Notes under the pieces: generated by a model
The model's database searches: none
What the model saw: only the letters and a program-made list of their open reading frames with translations
Told to the model about the DNA's origin: nothing
From: a virus
Lineage: Duplodnaviria > Caudoviricetes
Virus record (IMG/VR): IMGVR_UViG_3300030098_005697
Location: 1 to 56,110 of that record
Strand: one strand, 5' to 3'
Length of the DNA: 56,110 nucleotides
Program-made: the position numbers and the translations under genes
Shown: one piece after another, positions 46,601 to 55,010 of the stretch
How the letters are laid out: each line of letters starts with the position of its first letter
Position numbering within the stretch: position 1 is the stretch's first letter

Positions 46601-49600
46601 GGAACTAAAAGGAGTTTCTAAGTACGAGCCAGAGAGAGTAGAAAAGGCAGCCAGAGCGTTTTACGAAGCTCATCACTCAAAGGAGAGGGCAGCTACACTG
46701 TTCCGTGTACTGGATGAGTTGGCCGCTGATATCCGAGTAGGCGAGAAAGCACTAAGAGACGCTCCAATTGTGGGGGAGAAGTTTGATGATATTCTTGCCC
46801 CCTTCACGCGAAAGGTTGAAGTTGATGGAGTTACCGCAGAGGAACTTGTCAGCGTAATCAAAACTGATTCAAATGGTAAACCCCTAAAACCCCCAACCCA
46901 GAACGCTTTTCAGCGCATTCTTTCTATGGCCACACGGAGGGGCGGCCCCAGAGATGGTGAACATAAATGGGTAATTAACCCCTCTTTACTGGCTGAGAAG
47001 ATAGTTGAGAAGTGGGGTCAGCGTGCAGTAGACAGGCTCATGGAGCCTGTCGCAATGACAGTAAAGGATAAAAAAGTTGTCCAACCTGTCCGTGCTGGAG
47101 CCTATGGGGGTGACCTTCTCGAAGATATCCTGACCAGAGCCAAGAATGGTGACCAGGAAATGACTCTGCTCCCACAGCAGGTATCAGATCTCCAAGAAAT
47201 GAATGCCGCTTTGAGTCGAGCTTGGAAAGCCTCTCATGAGAAGGCGGGAGAAATCGCAATCGCGGAAGCATTGGATATTGCCAAAAGCGATATCTGGAGC
47301 AATGTCCTCACCACGGGCAGAATCCAAACTGATGTCGCCATTTCGGCTCGTAGGCTTTTAGCCCAGATGGATCCAGTGAGGAAAGAGATTGGAGAAGTGT
47401 CTCGTGAGATGTCCACAGTTTTCCGTGGAGCAACTCACTATGTAGACAACTTCAAGAATGAGATGTCCGCTCTCCTCCGAGTTGCAGAGAGTAAAGCCAA
47501 GGTTCGGTGGAAGCAGGAAGCAAGAGGCCTCCCCAAAGCAGAGGAGGCCAGGAAGCGCAAAGAGATTTTCCTGGAAGAGGTAAGAGGAACACTCATTGCT
47601 TTCATGGATGAAACAAATCCTATTGAGCTTCCCTTTACAATGCCCATCGCTCCTGGGATTCGGCCTGAACTTCTCCGCTCCACATGGACAAATGCATCTA
47701 TTCGAAACGGAGAGACTCTCTTCAAGGAGATGCGGAATTGGCTTATTACCAACCCAAATGTTCACCCGAAGGGGATTGATCACTATAAAGAAGTCTATAA
47801 TACCAGTTTAGAGAATGGCCGCGAAGTCATGGGTCGGTTTGTCGAGGACTTTGCAGCCGCAGTCGAAGATGGTGAGAGAGTAAGAACAGTCCGCGCACGG
47901 GGAGGCGTGGCAGATGATGTTGAGTTGCCCAAGATGGGTAAGGTCAAAGAAGATCCGATCATGACACATCTTGTTCGGGGAGCGGAGGATCGTCTCCGAG
48001 AAATCGCTGAACGCTTGGGGGCCAAGCGTGTGGAATCCCGAGAAGCTGCTCTGGAGCAGGCGCGCGTTTTCGAAGTTCCGTCCCACGTACCTGGGCAGAC
48101 ACGACTTGCTGCTATCTCTGAAAAAGAGATCTCAAAGATCTACCAAGACACCATTACTCGTGCTCGTAGATCCGGTAAGAATTGGAAAGAGTCCAAACGA
48201 CTTGCCCGGGATGCTGTGCGAGCAGCCGAGGAGAAAGTAATCAATACAGCTTATGCCAAGCTGATGCGACAGCATGAATATGCTGCGGAAAAAGCTGTAG
48301 GTAGGATCGAAGCCGACATTACCCAAAAATTGAGGCAAGCTGGGAAAGATCCTTCAACCTGGGCATATCCCGAAGGAAGAGTTGGCTCTGCCCGAGAAGT
48401 CATGTCGGCACTTGCTCGGTCTCCTCTTCCTCATGGGATTCGGGCTGCGGGAGTAGGGTCTGCGATAGATGTCAAGCTTTACGAGGTTGCCTATGAGTTG
48501 CTTGAAAGGAACACTACTTTCAAGGGCTTTATGGAAGATCTCATTAAGACTTATAAGGGTGTCCACGAGGGGGACCTTGCACATCTAAATGTACTCCCGC
48601 ATGGAATCTCAGAAGTCCATACAGTCAACCCACGTATGTACACTGTTGCTGCTTTGGCCACAGGCTATGGGGCAATTGGGGAGAGAGTAAATAGGCTCAC
48701 AACAAAAGCCATTGGAGGGCATTTATCCCCGGATGAGGTTTCAGCCTCTGCCAAGCTTCTTTCTGAGAATGGAGAGTCCTGGAACAGGTTTTTCGCCAAG
48801 GATGAAGTTACCGTTAAAGCATTGGCAGGAGTGATTAATCCTTATCAACGTCCGTTTACGACAACATACATAAGGCATTCCCAGGAAGCATCACGCTCTA
48901 CTGTTAATCTTGTAAACCTTGTTCGGACTGGCGAGGATGTTTCTGGACGAGCTTACCATCAAGCTCGGAATATTGCTGATTCGATTGATGGATACCTTGC
49001 TCCTATAATCAAAGAGCTTCAAATTGATGCCCAGGTGAGTCGTAATCTGAAGCAAAATATGGTTAGTGCAGGGAGAATCTGGAGGACCTCGGTTGTTACT
49101 GGGCTAATAATTCCTCGCCCAATGTACTATATGACCAACTACGCTGGTGATTTTTCCCAGATCTTCTTAGAGCGAGGCCTTGCTCAAGCTGCTCGAACCA
49201 ACTTCCAATTTACAACTGGTGTTCCTTGGTGGAGCAGAGCAATGTACAATTGGCGGAAGAGGAGAATGGAAACTTTGGGGACAGATAATGTCCTGCCAGA
49301 CCTGGGCAATTCCCTCTTTAATCCAACGATTGCAAGGATCTTTGCTGGAGAAGACTTCTTTATCCATACTCAAAGTGGCCGCGTGATGCACAGCAGGAAG
49401 GTCTTGAACAGCGCCATTGAGCAGGGTGTTCTGGACAGTCATGCTAATGCGGATCTTCTTCGTCAGGTTGGAGATGCGATTGCGAATAGTCCACTACGAA
49501 AGTTGAAAATCCTGGGGAATTGGACTGACGATATTACAGAGCTTGCTTCATATTCCCAGCAACGACAACGATTTGCTCTCTACACAGATTTGATTCGTCA

Positions 49601-50861
49601 GGGATATACCGAACAGGCTGCGGGCAAAAAGGTCCTGGAAGCATTGTACGATTGGAAGCATGGGATTGGAAAAGCCGAAGCGAATTTCATGACAAGCATC
49701 ATTCCCTTCTACCGCTTTTGGCGTGTGGCGTTGGGACAGATGTACAGGAAGTTCTCTGAGCCATTCACACTTCCCACAAAGGAATTGATGACGCGGATGA
49801 TGGGTCAGACCGTTGGAGCGCGGATCAATCAGCAGTACATATTTAAACAGATGCTCTCAGACTTCATGGATCCTAAAACCGCAGAAGAAATGAGAGACAC
49901 AGACGTGATGCTTGATGAGGCTGCTCAGGCATTGGGGATCCCGAAGTGGGCAAGAGATGCACGAGCAAGTCGGTATTGGGGCGAAGTTGCTGGAACTGGT
50001 GCAGGAGACTGGTATACACAAATGGGTCACGGGACCGGACCTGGACAGATAACCCACCAACTTTCTGTCTCGGGTCCTTGGACTGCACTGGAGACCGGGA
50101 ACCTCTTTGGGACTTACATGTTTGGAATGCTTCATGCACTCATCAAACACGGGCCTGAACTGAATGTCCCTTACCAGGAAGAGCTTAGAGCGCACCTCAA
50201 TCCTGAGTATGGGGTTGGGGAAGGGACGTTTGTGAAGCCTCTCCTAAATATGATTGGACCAATCCAAAAAGAGTTAGTCCAGACATATCTACTAAGGCAG
50301 GGAGTAAGGGGAAAACTTCGACTCCGAGGCCATGAGCTTCGAGCAATGCAAAATATGATTAATATGGGTTGGCTGGATAATTCCGCGATTAGCACTGACG
50401 AGTATGGGCGGGCAGTTGGCCCAGCCCAGGCCCTTACAGCCATAAGGATGGTCCCAGGTCTGCTTGAAGTTACAGGTTTGATGGACCGGGGCTATTTTGA
50501 AAATGCAGAGCTTCATGCAAATGGTCCGATAGCAGGACTCCAGTCTTTCTTCGGAAGACACACAGGGATTTCTCTCCCCGGAGACTTCCACGAAGTCAAG
50601 GGACAGCGCTATCCCATCCACGCACCCATCCAAGCTACAACCCTCCAGGGCACCTACCCCCTACCAGAAGAGTTGGATCTTCTTCCCAGCGAAACTCGCT
50701 GGAGAGTTAATCGGTCTATCGAGAGGGTTAAGGCCCTAAGAGATCGAGCACGAGCAAAGCCCGCAGATCTTGTGACGGCAGAGGAGCTTCAAGATATCTA
50801 TGAATTCAGCAATGATATCGATGGTGCCCAAGATGTGATCTATCAAGCTGAACCCGAGTAA
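40692..50861 (+). CDS. Giant internal virion/ejection protein (3389 aa)
   Basis: Uninterrupted 10.2-kb ORF with long coiled coils. C-terminal PMYYMTNYAGD...RFALY...ALYDW...IPFYRFW pattern seen in large podovirus ejection/polyvalent proteins. Confidence 0.7.
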   Translation: MANGDPIPRITDEDREALKRARQPTAPAIGAPTPEPTEPETQPEIRTIPRAIPTPEPRPGQLPSPARRLSIEDRISRQREMRGLMQGTQPEKPLEPAEPTGPTEEQIAEFRQHFTNIATNQNFTESESQLLNKWLDASTGQGQFASIPSLAHLQDRLGEELLPLHELPDGFLFGLRQEQVARHGRRLLSGDPIGSTQSNYYGGAPDGYSEEALASLRENEAPEAVALLKTMFPEGEEAPRPGSPQWEQKFNQWVSDYLRNEANEGRLYAGTTRAGTRLAALEEQGAITPEVILKSGAPIAEELFFTEIARPREEDWAEAQERPAARAGARLREREARIEQLSADPRYQRRRGDLQGWLDKNNYTLEDIQAELEEYFVRPGATESVRVGEVVLRDPEKTPPILTQYAREQYLSAMAASEGELPEYLPQIPGSVSNLPAFQEGEARFNTPPGEVATGISPAPEDASSWEYRPTQLQVEGTATGPDYYGDRAREAGFDIEAGILDRFQSEEAKDIARRSFNRILDIEDRDKRAEYIRRFREDINWQSEWIQETAQEVAESRASVAAQLPRAIEVSLPLRPEDVRLNIDMRGQIDIGTLRRDLVTYHSDKILKDRYENAQFGSLSVEDRDLVLKDATYAANADISTFTSIMVGSGALILDPDPLQLTRDLANLPAGLNVAMAALAPTPTHVYSREHITQGPTEEEFGTRYQDDQSLVSVQQFNNRGFVDWLHRANPTAWAAAVLNHYTSEVELGEATTGRVADQMFIDGLTEQDTEVSVADLSPAVVGTKLLARHLGLAFAPESQDDLATRMRLITEARSAPVLFNTTSDAFGDLAVYNDFSPAAEKAARIVGGFVGFLPELKSPDPIIGLLAGFRVANTGRKTWKAWVENTPRVLEETSARYFKQWDEARRADDFQGMNEAITSLRGELEQGRFSLLSVDLPYVGRVGFRAAGAQNAALRLADVITAQRARLSPAYQTHMAKLQGEAIRARQALARASRRAGSEAPVLPGAGVSLPVRRGIAVSQRMRQLRGEGHSREAAWQIAKDEVAEQVNSANEAIRTATKPGAVFARTGDDGLVSYYLRGEDDKWYALANQTDVGEIVAAGQGTITLGMPAAGVRGFVGKEEIAGVFRGVGDEVPVENLHGAVEISLAPERGIWGALREADPAIPARLEYTAGQLRPDPFFRYLDRDEGFRWKVGEAEYAPGMADLPLVGKEAVSRTAYNQYLKSLEARAKALSAQYEEALIEHERISRIAKDFADERSAMQNQYRAAEKEIRPIYDRISEIDVTLARAEEAFAAIVAKIGKAKQELPTLRTAQEKVIRELENTARNIAKNAADLQKATTKQSALSTKKGVTKDDYVKIENTIRRRRADEFNLDLQQKSRQQRRDRINAKIASNNRSAEDGLKEIQRLVNQEATLLAERLKLTTRADGLLFSMRLTETRLPKIDPQAELALADDLVYPPTAKAPARESIEDAARKAEPISDYDVNVEMGYPGRNPPPMRPPTHQLRPPKNDATNPVRGEMWEKLKGRLLDPQKEVDDLGGRPITRSRWNPDSQATFDQAKDLALGLRDDEIIVAVDSYLHANKSFWDTVHTMPKPFTDDAYKAWPASPEVIPDPQVRAIWNHLHNNIDHLEDVGNSKSGTINWKWNQEEWSEIAQTISKEDYIFDAADGMKPQDEVWREALENIREWRNIIAEKHNIPDYTPYTPDAWDEAAIAARKAIAEKEAGREATRLEALDTRVQERLQRQPPAPGAADDVPLEMSDAGITIPPEVRLRELEEAIEALPRRGTLGPTEAPIGRTKIPGIKEDIFEPPRVPRKVSDRKVKAAEKKLEELWSEREALHAERKAITQSIVDGRASWATHSGPGSRRFAIGERLKELEDLKKAAEKEVRAAKAARSEAQSKIEALPDRPVRRKRSDTEPIPPHRLERALEDQPSPPVPTAEMVKRLKDSAKASKKDLNLIRRELRDVSQELKGVSKYEPERVEKAARAFYEAHHSKERAATLFRVLDELAADIRVGEKALRDAPIVGEKFDDILAPFTRKVEVDGVTAEELVSVIKTDSNGKPLKPPTQNAFQRILSMATRRGGPRDGEHKWVINPSLLAEKIVEKWGQRAVDRLMEPVAMTVKDKKVVQPVRAGAYGGDLLEDILTRAKNGDQEMTLLPQQVSDLQEMNAALSRAWKASHEKAGEIAIAEALDIAKSDIWSNVLTTGRIQTDVAISARRLLAQMDPVRKEIGEVSREMSTVFRGATHYVDNFKNEMSALLRVAESKAKVRWKQEARGLPKAEEARKRKEIFLEEVRGTLIAFMDETNPIELPFTMPIAPGIRPELLRSTWTNASIRNGETLFKEMRNWLITNPNVHPKGIDHYKEVYNTSLENGREVMGRFVEDFAAAVEDGERVRTVRARGGVADDVELPKMGKVKEDPIMTHLVRGAEDRLREIAERLGAKRVESREAALEQARVFEVPSHVPGQTRLAAISEKEISKIYQDTITRARRSGKNWKESKRLARDAVRAAEEKVINTAYAKLMRQHEYAAEKAVGRIEADITQKLRQAGKDPSTWAYPEGRVGSAREVMSALARSPLPHGIRAAGVGSAIDVKLYEVAYELLERNTTFKGFMEDLIKTYKGVHEGDLAHLNVLPHGISEVHTVNPRMYTVAALATGYGAIGERVNRLTTKAIGGHLSPDEVSASAKLLSENGESWNRFFAKDEVTVKALAGVINPYQRPFTTTYIRHSQEASRSTVNLVNLVRTGEDVSGRAYHQARNIADSIDGYLAPIIKELQIDAQVSRNLKQNMVSAGRIWRTSVVTGLIIPRPMYYMTNYAGDFSQIFLERGLAQAARTNFQFTTGVPWWSRAMYNWRKRRMETLGTDNVLPDLGNSLFNPTIARIFAGEDFFIHTQSGRVMHSRKVLNSAIEQGVLDSHANADLLRQVGDAIANSPLRKLKILGNWTDDITELASYSQQRQRFALYTDLIRQGYTEQAAGKKVLEALYDWKHGIGKAEANFMTSIIPFYRFWRVALGQMYRKFSEPFTLPTKELMTRMMGQTVGARINQQYIFKQMLSDFMDPKTAEEMRDTDVMLDEAAQALGIPKWARDARASRYWGEVAGTGAGDWYTQMGHGTGPGQITHQLSVSGPWTALETGNLFGTYMFGMLHALIKHGPELNVPYQEELRAHLNPEYGVGEGTFVKPLLNMIGPIQKELVQTYLLRQGVRGKLRLRGHELRAMQNMINMGWLDNSAISTDEYGRAVGPAQALTAIRMVPGLLEVTGLMDRGYFENAELHANGPIAGLQSFFGRHTGISLPGDFHEVKGQRYPIHAPIQATTLQGTYPLPEELDLLPSETRWRVNRSIERVKALRDRARAKPADLVTAEELQDIYEFSNDIDGAQDVIYQAEPE

Positions 50862-50864
50862 GTC

Positions 50865-50893
50865 TTGATGTCCTTTCCCCAAAACAGTATTGT
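50865..50893 (+). promoter_or_regulatory. Possible sigma70-type promoter for distal tail/lysis genes
   Basis: TTGATG-N17-TATTGT upstream of GAGGT-ATG. Confidence 0.4.
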
Positions 50894-50912
50894 AGAACCA
50901 ATGAGGTGAACC

Positions 50913-51323
50913 ATGTCCCGAGAAGGAACATATCTTAGAATTTCTGGCACCCACACGGGTGTTAATGGCGCAGGCCACGGAACCCCAGAAGAAACAACAC
51001 TCCAGTTCCCACAGGATGGTGGAGCATTTAAGTCTTCTATCTGGCTCTTGGTATCTTTCCACTATGTAAGAACTGACGGGACAGCAACCGATTACATTCC
51101 TCGGCTTGGCCAAGCTGCGGGATGGTCGGATAATGACATTAATGAACGAGCCACTTACTCATCTACAGCGGTGGGCACCCCAATCAATGATGTTTATGCC
51201 CAGCCAATCCCATGTTTGGTTGATTCGAACGGAAGGTTGTATTTTCGTCCGGGCTTTGTTGGGGCAAGTACAGACAATGATGGTGCTTACGAGTTCTGGT
51301 TTAAGAAAGCCAAAGGAAGCTGA
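50913..51323 (+). CDS. Hypothetical beta-rich (probably structural) protein
   Basis: GAGGT RBS. Composition and position. Confidence 0.6.
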   Translation: MSREGTYLRISGTHTGVNGAGHGTPEETTLQFPQDGGAFKSSIWLLVSFHYVRTDGTATDYIPRLGQAAGWSDNDINERATYSSTAVGTPINDVYAQPIPCLVDSNGRLYFRPGFVGASTDNDGAYEFWFKKAKGS

Positions 51324-51325
51324 TC

Positions 51326-51694
51326 ATGGCCTTTACATCTCCAAACTTTCCTGGTGGAACCTCTGGTCAAGTTGGCCAGCTTTCTGACCTTCAAGTTGAC
51401 GGAACCACGGTTGTGGTTGATGAGGCGAACAATAGATTGGGTGTTGGATTGGCAGCCCCCAAGACAGCCTTCACAGTAGAAGGAACGGTCACGCTAAAAG
51501 AGCAGGCCAACGCCGATGCCGACACAGCAGCCTATGGGCAACTCTGGGTGAAGACCGCCACTCCAAATGAACTCTACTTTACAACCGACGCCGGGAACGA
51601 CATCCAACTCACCTCGGGCACTTCAGCCGCAGGTGGTGGTGGAGTTGCTGCTGACGACGTTAATCTTCATCTTCATATTGCAGTTTTTTCATAG
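51326..51694 (+). CDS. Tail-fibre-like protein
   Basis: VDEANNRLGVG...GQLWVKTATPNELYFTTDAG fibre-shaft motifs. Confidence 0.6.
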   Translation: MAFTSPNFPGGTSGQVGQLSDLQVDGTTVVVDEANNRLGVGLAAPKTAFTVEGTVTLKEQANADADTAAYGQLWVKTATPNELYFTTDAGNDIQLTSGTSAAGGGGVAADDVNLHLHIAVFS

Positions 51695-51703
51695 GATAAT
51701 CAA

Positions 51704-52063
51704 ATGGCAACCATTGAGAAAAAATCCCTGGCGCCCGGAGGGTCTTCTGTCAATTGTCAGGGGATCAAAGTCGCAGCGACCTCGACCACAGGAACGGCTA
51801 TCCATCAAGCATGTTCTGGCACAACTGATTTTGACGAAGTGTGGCTCTGGGCATGCAATACAGATTCCCAGGCTCGACTACTGACAATTGAATTCGGTGG
51901 CACGACATCACCAGATGATTTGATTCAGGTCACAGTCGCGGCTAACTCAACTGAGTTGGTAGTCCCCGGACTGATCATGCAGAACGGCGCTAACATTAAT
52001 GCATTCGCTGCGGCTGCAAACGTGATTATTATCCACGGCTATGTCAACCACCTTAACTATTAG
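51704..52063 (+). CDS. Probable structural (fibre-associated) protein
   Basis: GTAIH...DEVWLWACN...LVVPGL...AFAAAANVI beta-sandwich pattern. Confidence 0.55.
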   Translation: MATIEKKSLAPGGSSVNCQGIKVAATSTTGTAIHQACSGTTDFDEVWLWACNTDSQARLLTIEFGGTTSPDDLIQVTVAANSTELVVPGLIMQNGANINAFAAAANVIIIHGYVNHLNY

Positions 52064-52071
52064 GTAGATTA

Positions 52072-52899
52072 ATGGGTCGCTCAAGAATCCCAGGTAAATT
52101 CAACAAGCAGTTTGCTCCGCCTGTTGAGAAACGGTCGAAGAAACCTGCTGGGTGGAAGCGGTTCTACCTAAACAGCGCAACTCGTGTTGACCCGTCAGGT
52201 GGAGCGAATCTCACGATCAACAGTGAGTCCAGTGGCGCATACACCGACGTCACTCGAAATGCGGTGAACCTCAAGAAGCCATGCACTGAAAACAGTGCTT
52301 TCTTCTACACTCTGCGTAACCCGGACAACAACAATATCCTGAAATGGGGCGACGAGTGGACCATCCATGTTCATATCGTGACGAATCAGTACAGCGATAG
52401 TTCTGGGGGTAATGGTCGTGGTCAGAGTCTCTGCGCAATCGTGACAAACTCGACGGCTCTGGATGGTAGTGACCACCACTATTTCGGATGCGGTACATAC
52501 AATCTGGACGATACCAAGATTCGTGTTGTGCTGACACTGAGTGGGAACTGCTCAAACGCGCCAACGTTCAACACAAAGAACTTGTCAAACTCTGGGTTTA
52601 CCCAGCAGTCTCGGCACCTAATCACCTTGGAGAATACCAAGGCTCTGGGGATGAAAAATGCCTGGATTGAGTATCGTGATTTTGACAATACGATCGAGAA
52701 TGGTGGTGTTGATGATATCGATGGTTTCGCTTACGATGACTCAGCCCTGGCATGTGCTGCATCAGATACAGCCTATCTGTGCCTCTTCTTCCCGGGCATC
52801 AACTCATCAAGCGCAATGCACCTGACGAACCATCAGTTCAAAGCTTACTTTAAAGTTACAATGCGGGATTCAGATCCTGTGGTGGCTCTGGGGGAATAA
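52072..52899 (+). CDS. Hypothetical beta-rich protein, candidate receptor-binding domain
   Basis: 275 aa, Asn/Ser/Thr/Cys-rich, last of the fibre cluster. Confidence 0.45.
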   Translation: MGRSRIPGKFNKQFAPPVEKRSKKPAGWKRFYLNSATRVDPSGGANLTINSESSGAYTDVTRNAVNLKKPCTENSAFFYTLRNPDNNNILKWGDEWTIHVHIVTNQYSDSSGGNGRGQSLCAIVTNSTALDGSDHHYFGCGTYNLDDTKIRVVLTLSGNCSNAPTFNTKNLSNSGFTQQSRHLITLENTKALGMKNAWIEYRDFDNTIENGGVDDIDGFAYDDSALACAASDTAYLCLFFPGINSSSAMHLTNHQFKAYFKVTMRDSDPVVALGE

Positions 52900-53102
52900 T
52901 GGCAACAATAGATGACCTACAAGAGCAGGCTATAGTTAAAGTCCGGCTTGGTACAGACTACTCGACAGAATCTCCTGTAGACATTGCATCGATTACAATC
53001 GAGATTCCTCGGGATTTGCTTAATACTATCTCTGGTGGTGATACCCGTTCTCGCGTAATGGTCCGAGATTGGATAAAGCCTGCTATAGATGCAAAGGACT
53101 AA
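52899..53102 (+). CDS. Hypothetical protein
   Basis: TAATG-coupled 67-aa ORF. Confidence 0.6.
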   Translation: MATIDDLQEQAIVKVRLGTDYSTESPVDIASITIEIPRDLLNTISGGDTRSRVMVRDWIKPAIDAKD

Positions 53103-53105
53103 AGA

Positions 53106-53687
53106 ATGTTCCCCCCCATTCTCCAGCGTGTCAAAGATTTAGGGTACGCCGTTTTTGAAAATGGCGACTACGACCTGAATCTTGTGGGCATTCGGTCTAA
53201 AAATCCTGTCGCAAACTCTTTCGACGACTGGATGACCTGCACCTATAAAAAAGATGGACGGTGGGTAACTCACTGGTGGCAATGCACCACGGACCCAGGC
53301 ACCTACTGGCTTGAAGGCTATGATTCATCGCGCGTTGCGGGCACAGCCATCCTCCAACCTGGGCAATATCGCGGAGTCTATAAAATAGACTTACACGGTG
53401 GGAAATACGAAGCCCTATGTCAGCGTAATGGCCCAGTGAAGGTTTGGCGTGACTCTAATAGGGACAACACACTTGATTGGGAAGGCGAAACATTCGAAGG
53501 AATGTATGGAATTAACATTCACCACGCCTCCTACACGGGCACTTCTACTCAGGTAGACAAGTGGAGCGCTGGATGCCAAGTCATTGCGAACATTGATGAC
53601 TTCAATGATCTTATGTCAATCGCTAAACTTCAAGTATCAAAACGCGGTTGGTCAAGTTTTACCTATACATTAATCGAAGGAGAATAA
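53106..53687 (+). CDS. Putative endolysin, YkuD/L,D-transpeptidase-like Cys enzyme
   Basis: GINIHHA-x9-DKWSAGCQV resembles the His...S-x-G-C catalytic motif. Precedes holin-like genes. Confidence 0.65.
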   Translation: MFPPILQRVKDLGYAVFENGDYDLNLVGIRSKNPVANSFDDWMTCTYKKDGRWVTHWWQCTTDPGTYWLEGYDSSRVAGTAILQPGQYRGVYKIDLHGGKYEALCQRNGPVKVWRDSNRDNTLDWEGETFEGMYGINIHHASYTGTSTQVDKWSAGCQVIANIDDFNDLMSIAKLQVSKRGWSSFTYTLIEGE

Positions 53688-53688
53688 A

Positions 53689-53916
53689 ATGGGTCGCAGA
53701 AAGGTTGATTGGAAGAAGATTGGTTCCGTTATTAAGAATGCAGTCCTTCTCGCGGAAGATCTCTTCCCCGACTCAGGCTCAGGTGCAACGAAGAAAAAGT
53801 TCGTCATTGATCTCATCAATGATCGAGTTGACATTCCCATTCTTAACGAGGGCCAAGAGGAAGCAATCATCAGTGTACTCATTGATGTAATCTGTACTCT
53901 GGTATTAGACAGATGA
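53689..53916 (+). CDS. Small holin-like/lysis-associated protein
   Basis: AVLLAEDLF..SGSGATKKKFV motif reminiscent of LL-H-type holins. Lysis cassette position. Confidence 0.4.
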   Translation: MGRRKVDWKKIGSVIKNAVLLAEDLFPDSGSGATKKKFVIDLINDRVDIPILNEGQEEAIISVLIDVICTLVLDR

Positions 53917-54185
53917 AATCTGATACGATCCTTTCTGTTCTTATGTGGGGTCTTCCCATTGTTTTCGCTTCTGGTGCTCTGTACCGCTCAGTCACAGCGA
54001 CTGCTGATGCAATCGAGATTGCCGAGATCTCTTTAGAAGAGCATGAAAATCTCTCGGGTCATCCGATCACTGAGATAAGAATTGAAAAGATCCAAGAGGA
54101 TCAGCAAGAAATGATGGAAGAGCAGAAGAAGATCATGCTCAATGTCAGTGCAATCTGCCAAGCAACAGGAGCAGACTGTAGGTAA
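53913..54185 (+). CDS. Membrane-anchored coiled-coil protein
   Basis: N-terminal TM segment ILSVLMWGLPIVFASGALY. Confidence 0.55.
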   Translation: MKSDTILSVLMWGLPIVFASGALYRSVTATADAIEIAEISLEEHENLSGHPITEIRIEKIQEDQQEMMEEQKKIMLNVSAICQATGADCR

Positions 54186-54193
54186 GGAGGAGC

Positions 54194-54649
54194 ATGGAAA
54201 CCGAAATCGCACAGACGGCTGTTGTGGCTGGCCCCACTATGGTCGAGATGCTTATCGACTATGGTGCCCTTGGTATTATGGTCGTTTTTCTTGCATGGCA
54301 GCATCTCCAGATGACCAAGCGGCAACGAGAGGATCACCAGTCAAGTCAACTTCGGGGTGATAATCTCGTGGAGCGTTTCGAGGCTCAACTTGGCGAACTC
54401 CAGAAGAAGTATGAGGAACGCGAAGATGCTCTTCGTACTCGATATGATACCGTTATCGCAGATTTAAACTTAAATAGAGATACCCTGAAGAATGAAATTC
54501 ATACAGGGCTTCAGCAGAATCAGAATATGCTTAGAGAGATAAAGCTCAAAGTAGACGAGGGGCTTACTGAAATCCGCGAAATGAAACAGCAGGAAGTAAT
54601 CCGCCGTATCCAACGCGAAGCCAGCGGCCCCTCTATTACGAACTCTTAA
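54194..54649 (+). CDS. Holin-like (BhlA-like) membrane protein
   Basis: YGALGIMVVFLAW TM segment, then coiled coil with EERED. AAGGAGG RBS. Confidence 0.5.
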   Translation: METEIAQTAVVAGPTMVEMLIDYGALGIMVVFLAWQHLQMTKRQREDHQSSQLRGDNLVERFEAQLGELQKKYEEREDALRTRYDTVIADLNLNRDTLKNEIHTGLQQNQNMLREIKLKVDEGLTEIREMKQQEVIRRIQREASGPSITNS

Positions 54650-54921
54650 GCCTCAGGTCTTGATCCGGGCAATGTTCCCATCCCAAGAATGTGGCCACTG
54701 TGCCGGAAAAGCCAGCACAGCCAATCATGCAGACGATCTATATCATCCAGTAGATCGTCAGTTAGTTCAGTCAATCCTACAAGTCGGTTGTTTATGTAGA
54801 AGGTCAGCCATTTTCCATCTTGACTCTCTACAACAAGACCATCCCCACCTGTGAACTGCATTATGGTCTTAACTTGCTCCTTGGCAAGTTGCGCCTTCCA
54901 ACTTGTTCCTACTGTACTCAT
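54646..54921 (-). CDS. Hypothetical protein
   Basis: 91-aa ORF ending the leftward unit. Confidence 0.6.
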   Translation of the reverse strand: MSTVGTSWKAQLAKEQVKTIMQFTGGDGLVVESQDGKWLTFYINNRLVGLTELTDDLLDDIDRLHDWLCWLFRHSGHILGMGTLPGSRPEA

Positions 54922-55010
54922 TGTCTATTTGAGTAGAGAGATTCAAGAATAACAGCAGCGAAGGCGCAAACACCCACCGCAAGAACAAGCTCAAGTAGCG
55001 TCATCGACAT
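54918..55010 (-). CDS. 30-aa membrane peptide with type IV pilin-like N-terminus (unannotated)
   Basis: GAGGA-N5-ATG. MSMTLLELVLAVGVCAFAAVILESLYSNRQ. ATGA overlap with the downstream gene. Confidence 0.5.
   Translation of the reverse strand: MSMTLLELVLAVGVCAFAAVILESLYSNRQ

Noticed and set aside
40692-50861. Giant ORF as a virion RNA polymerase
   Set aside because: No DxDGD or T7/N4-type RxxxKxxxxxxxYG motif seen. Left open for structure search but not called.
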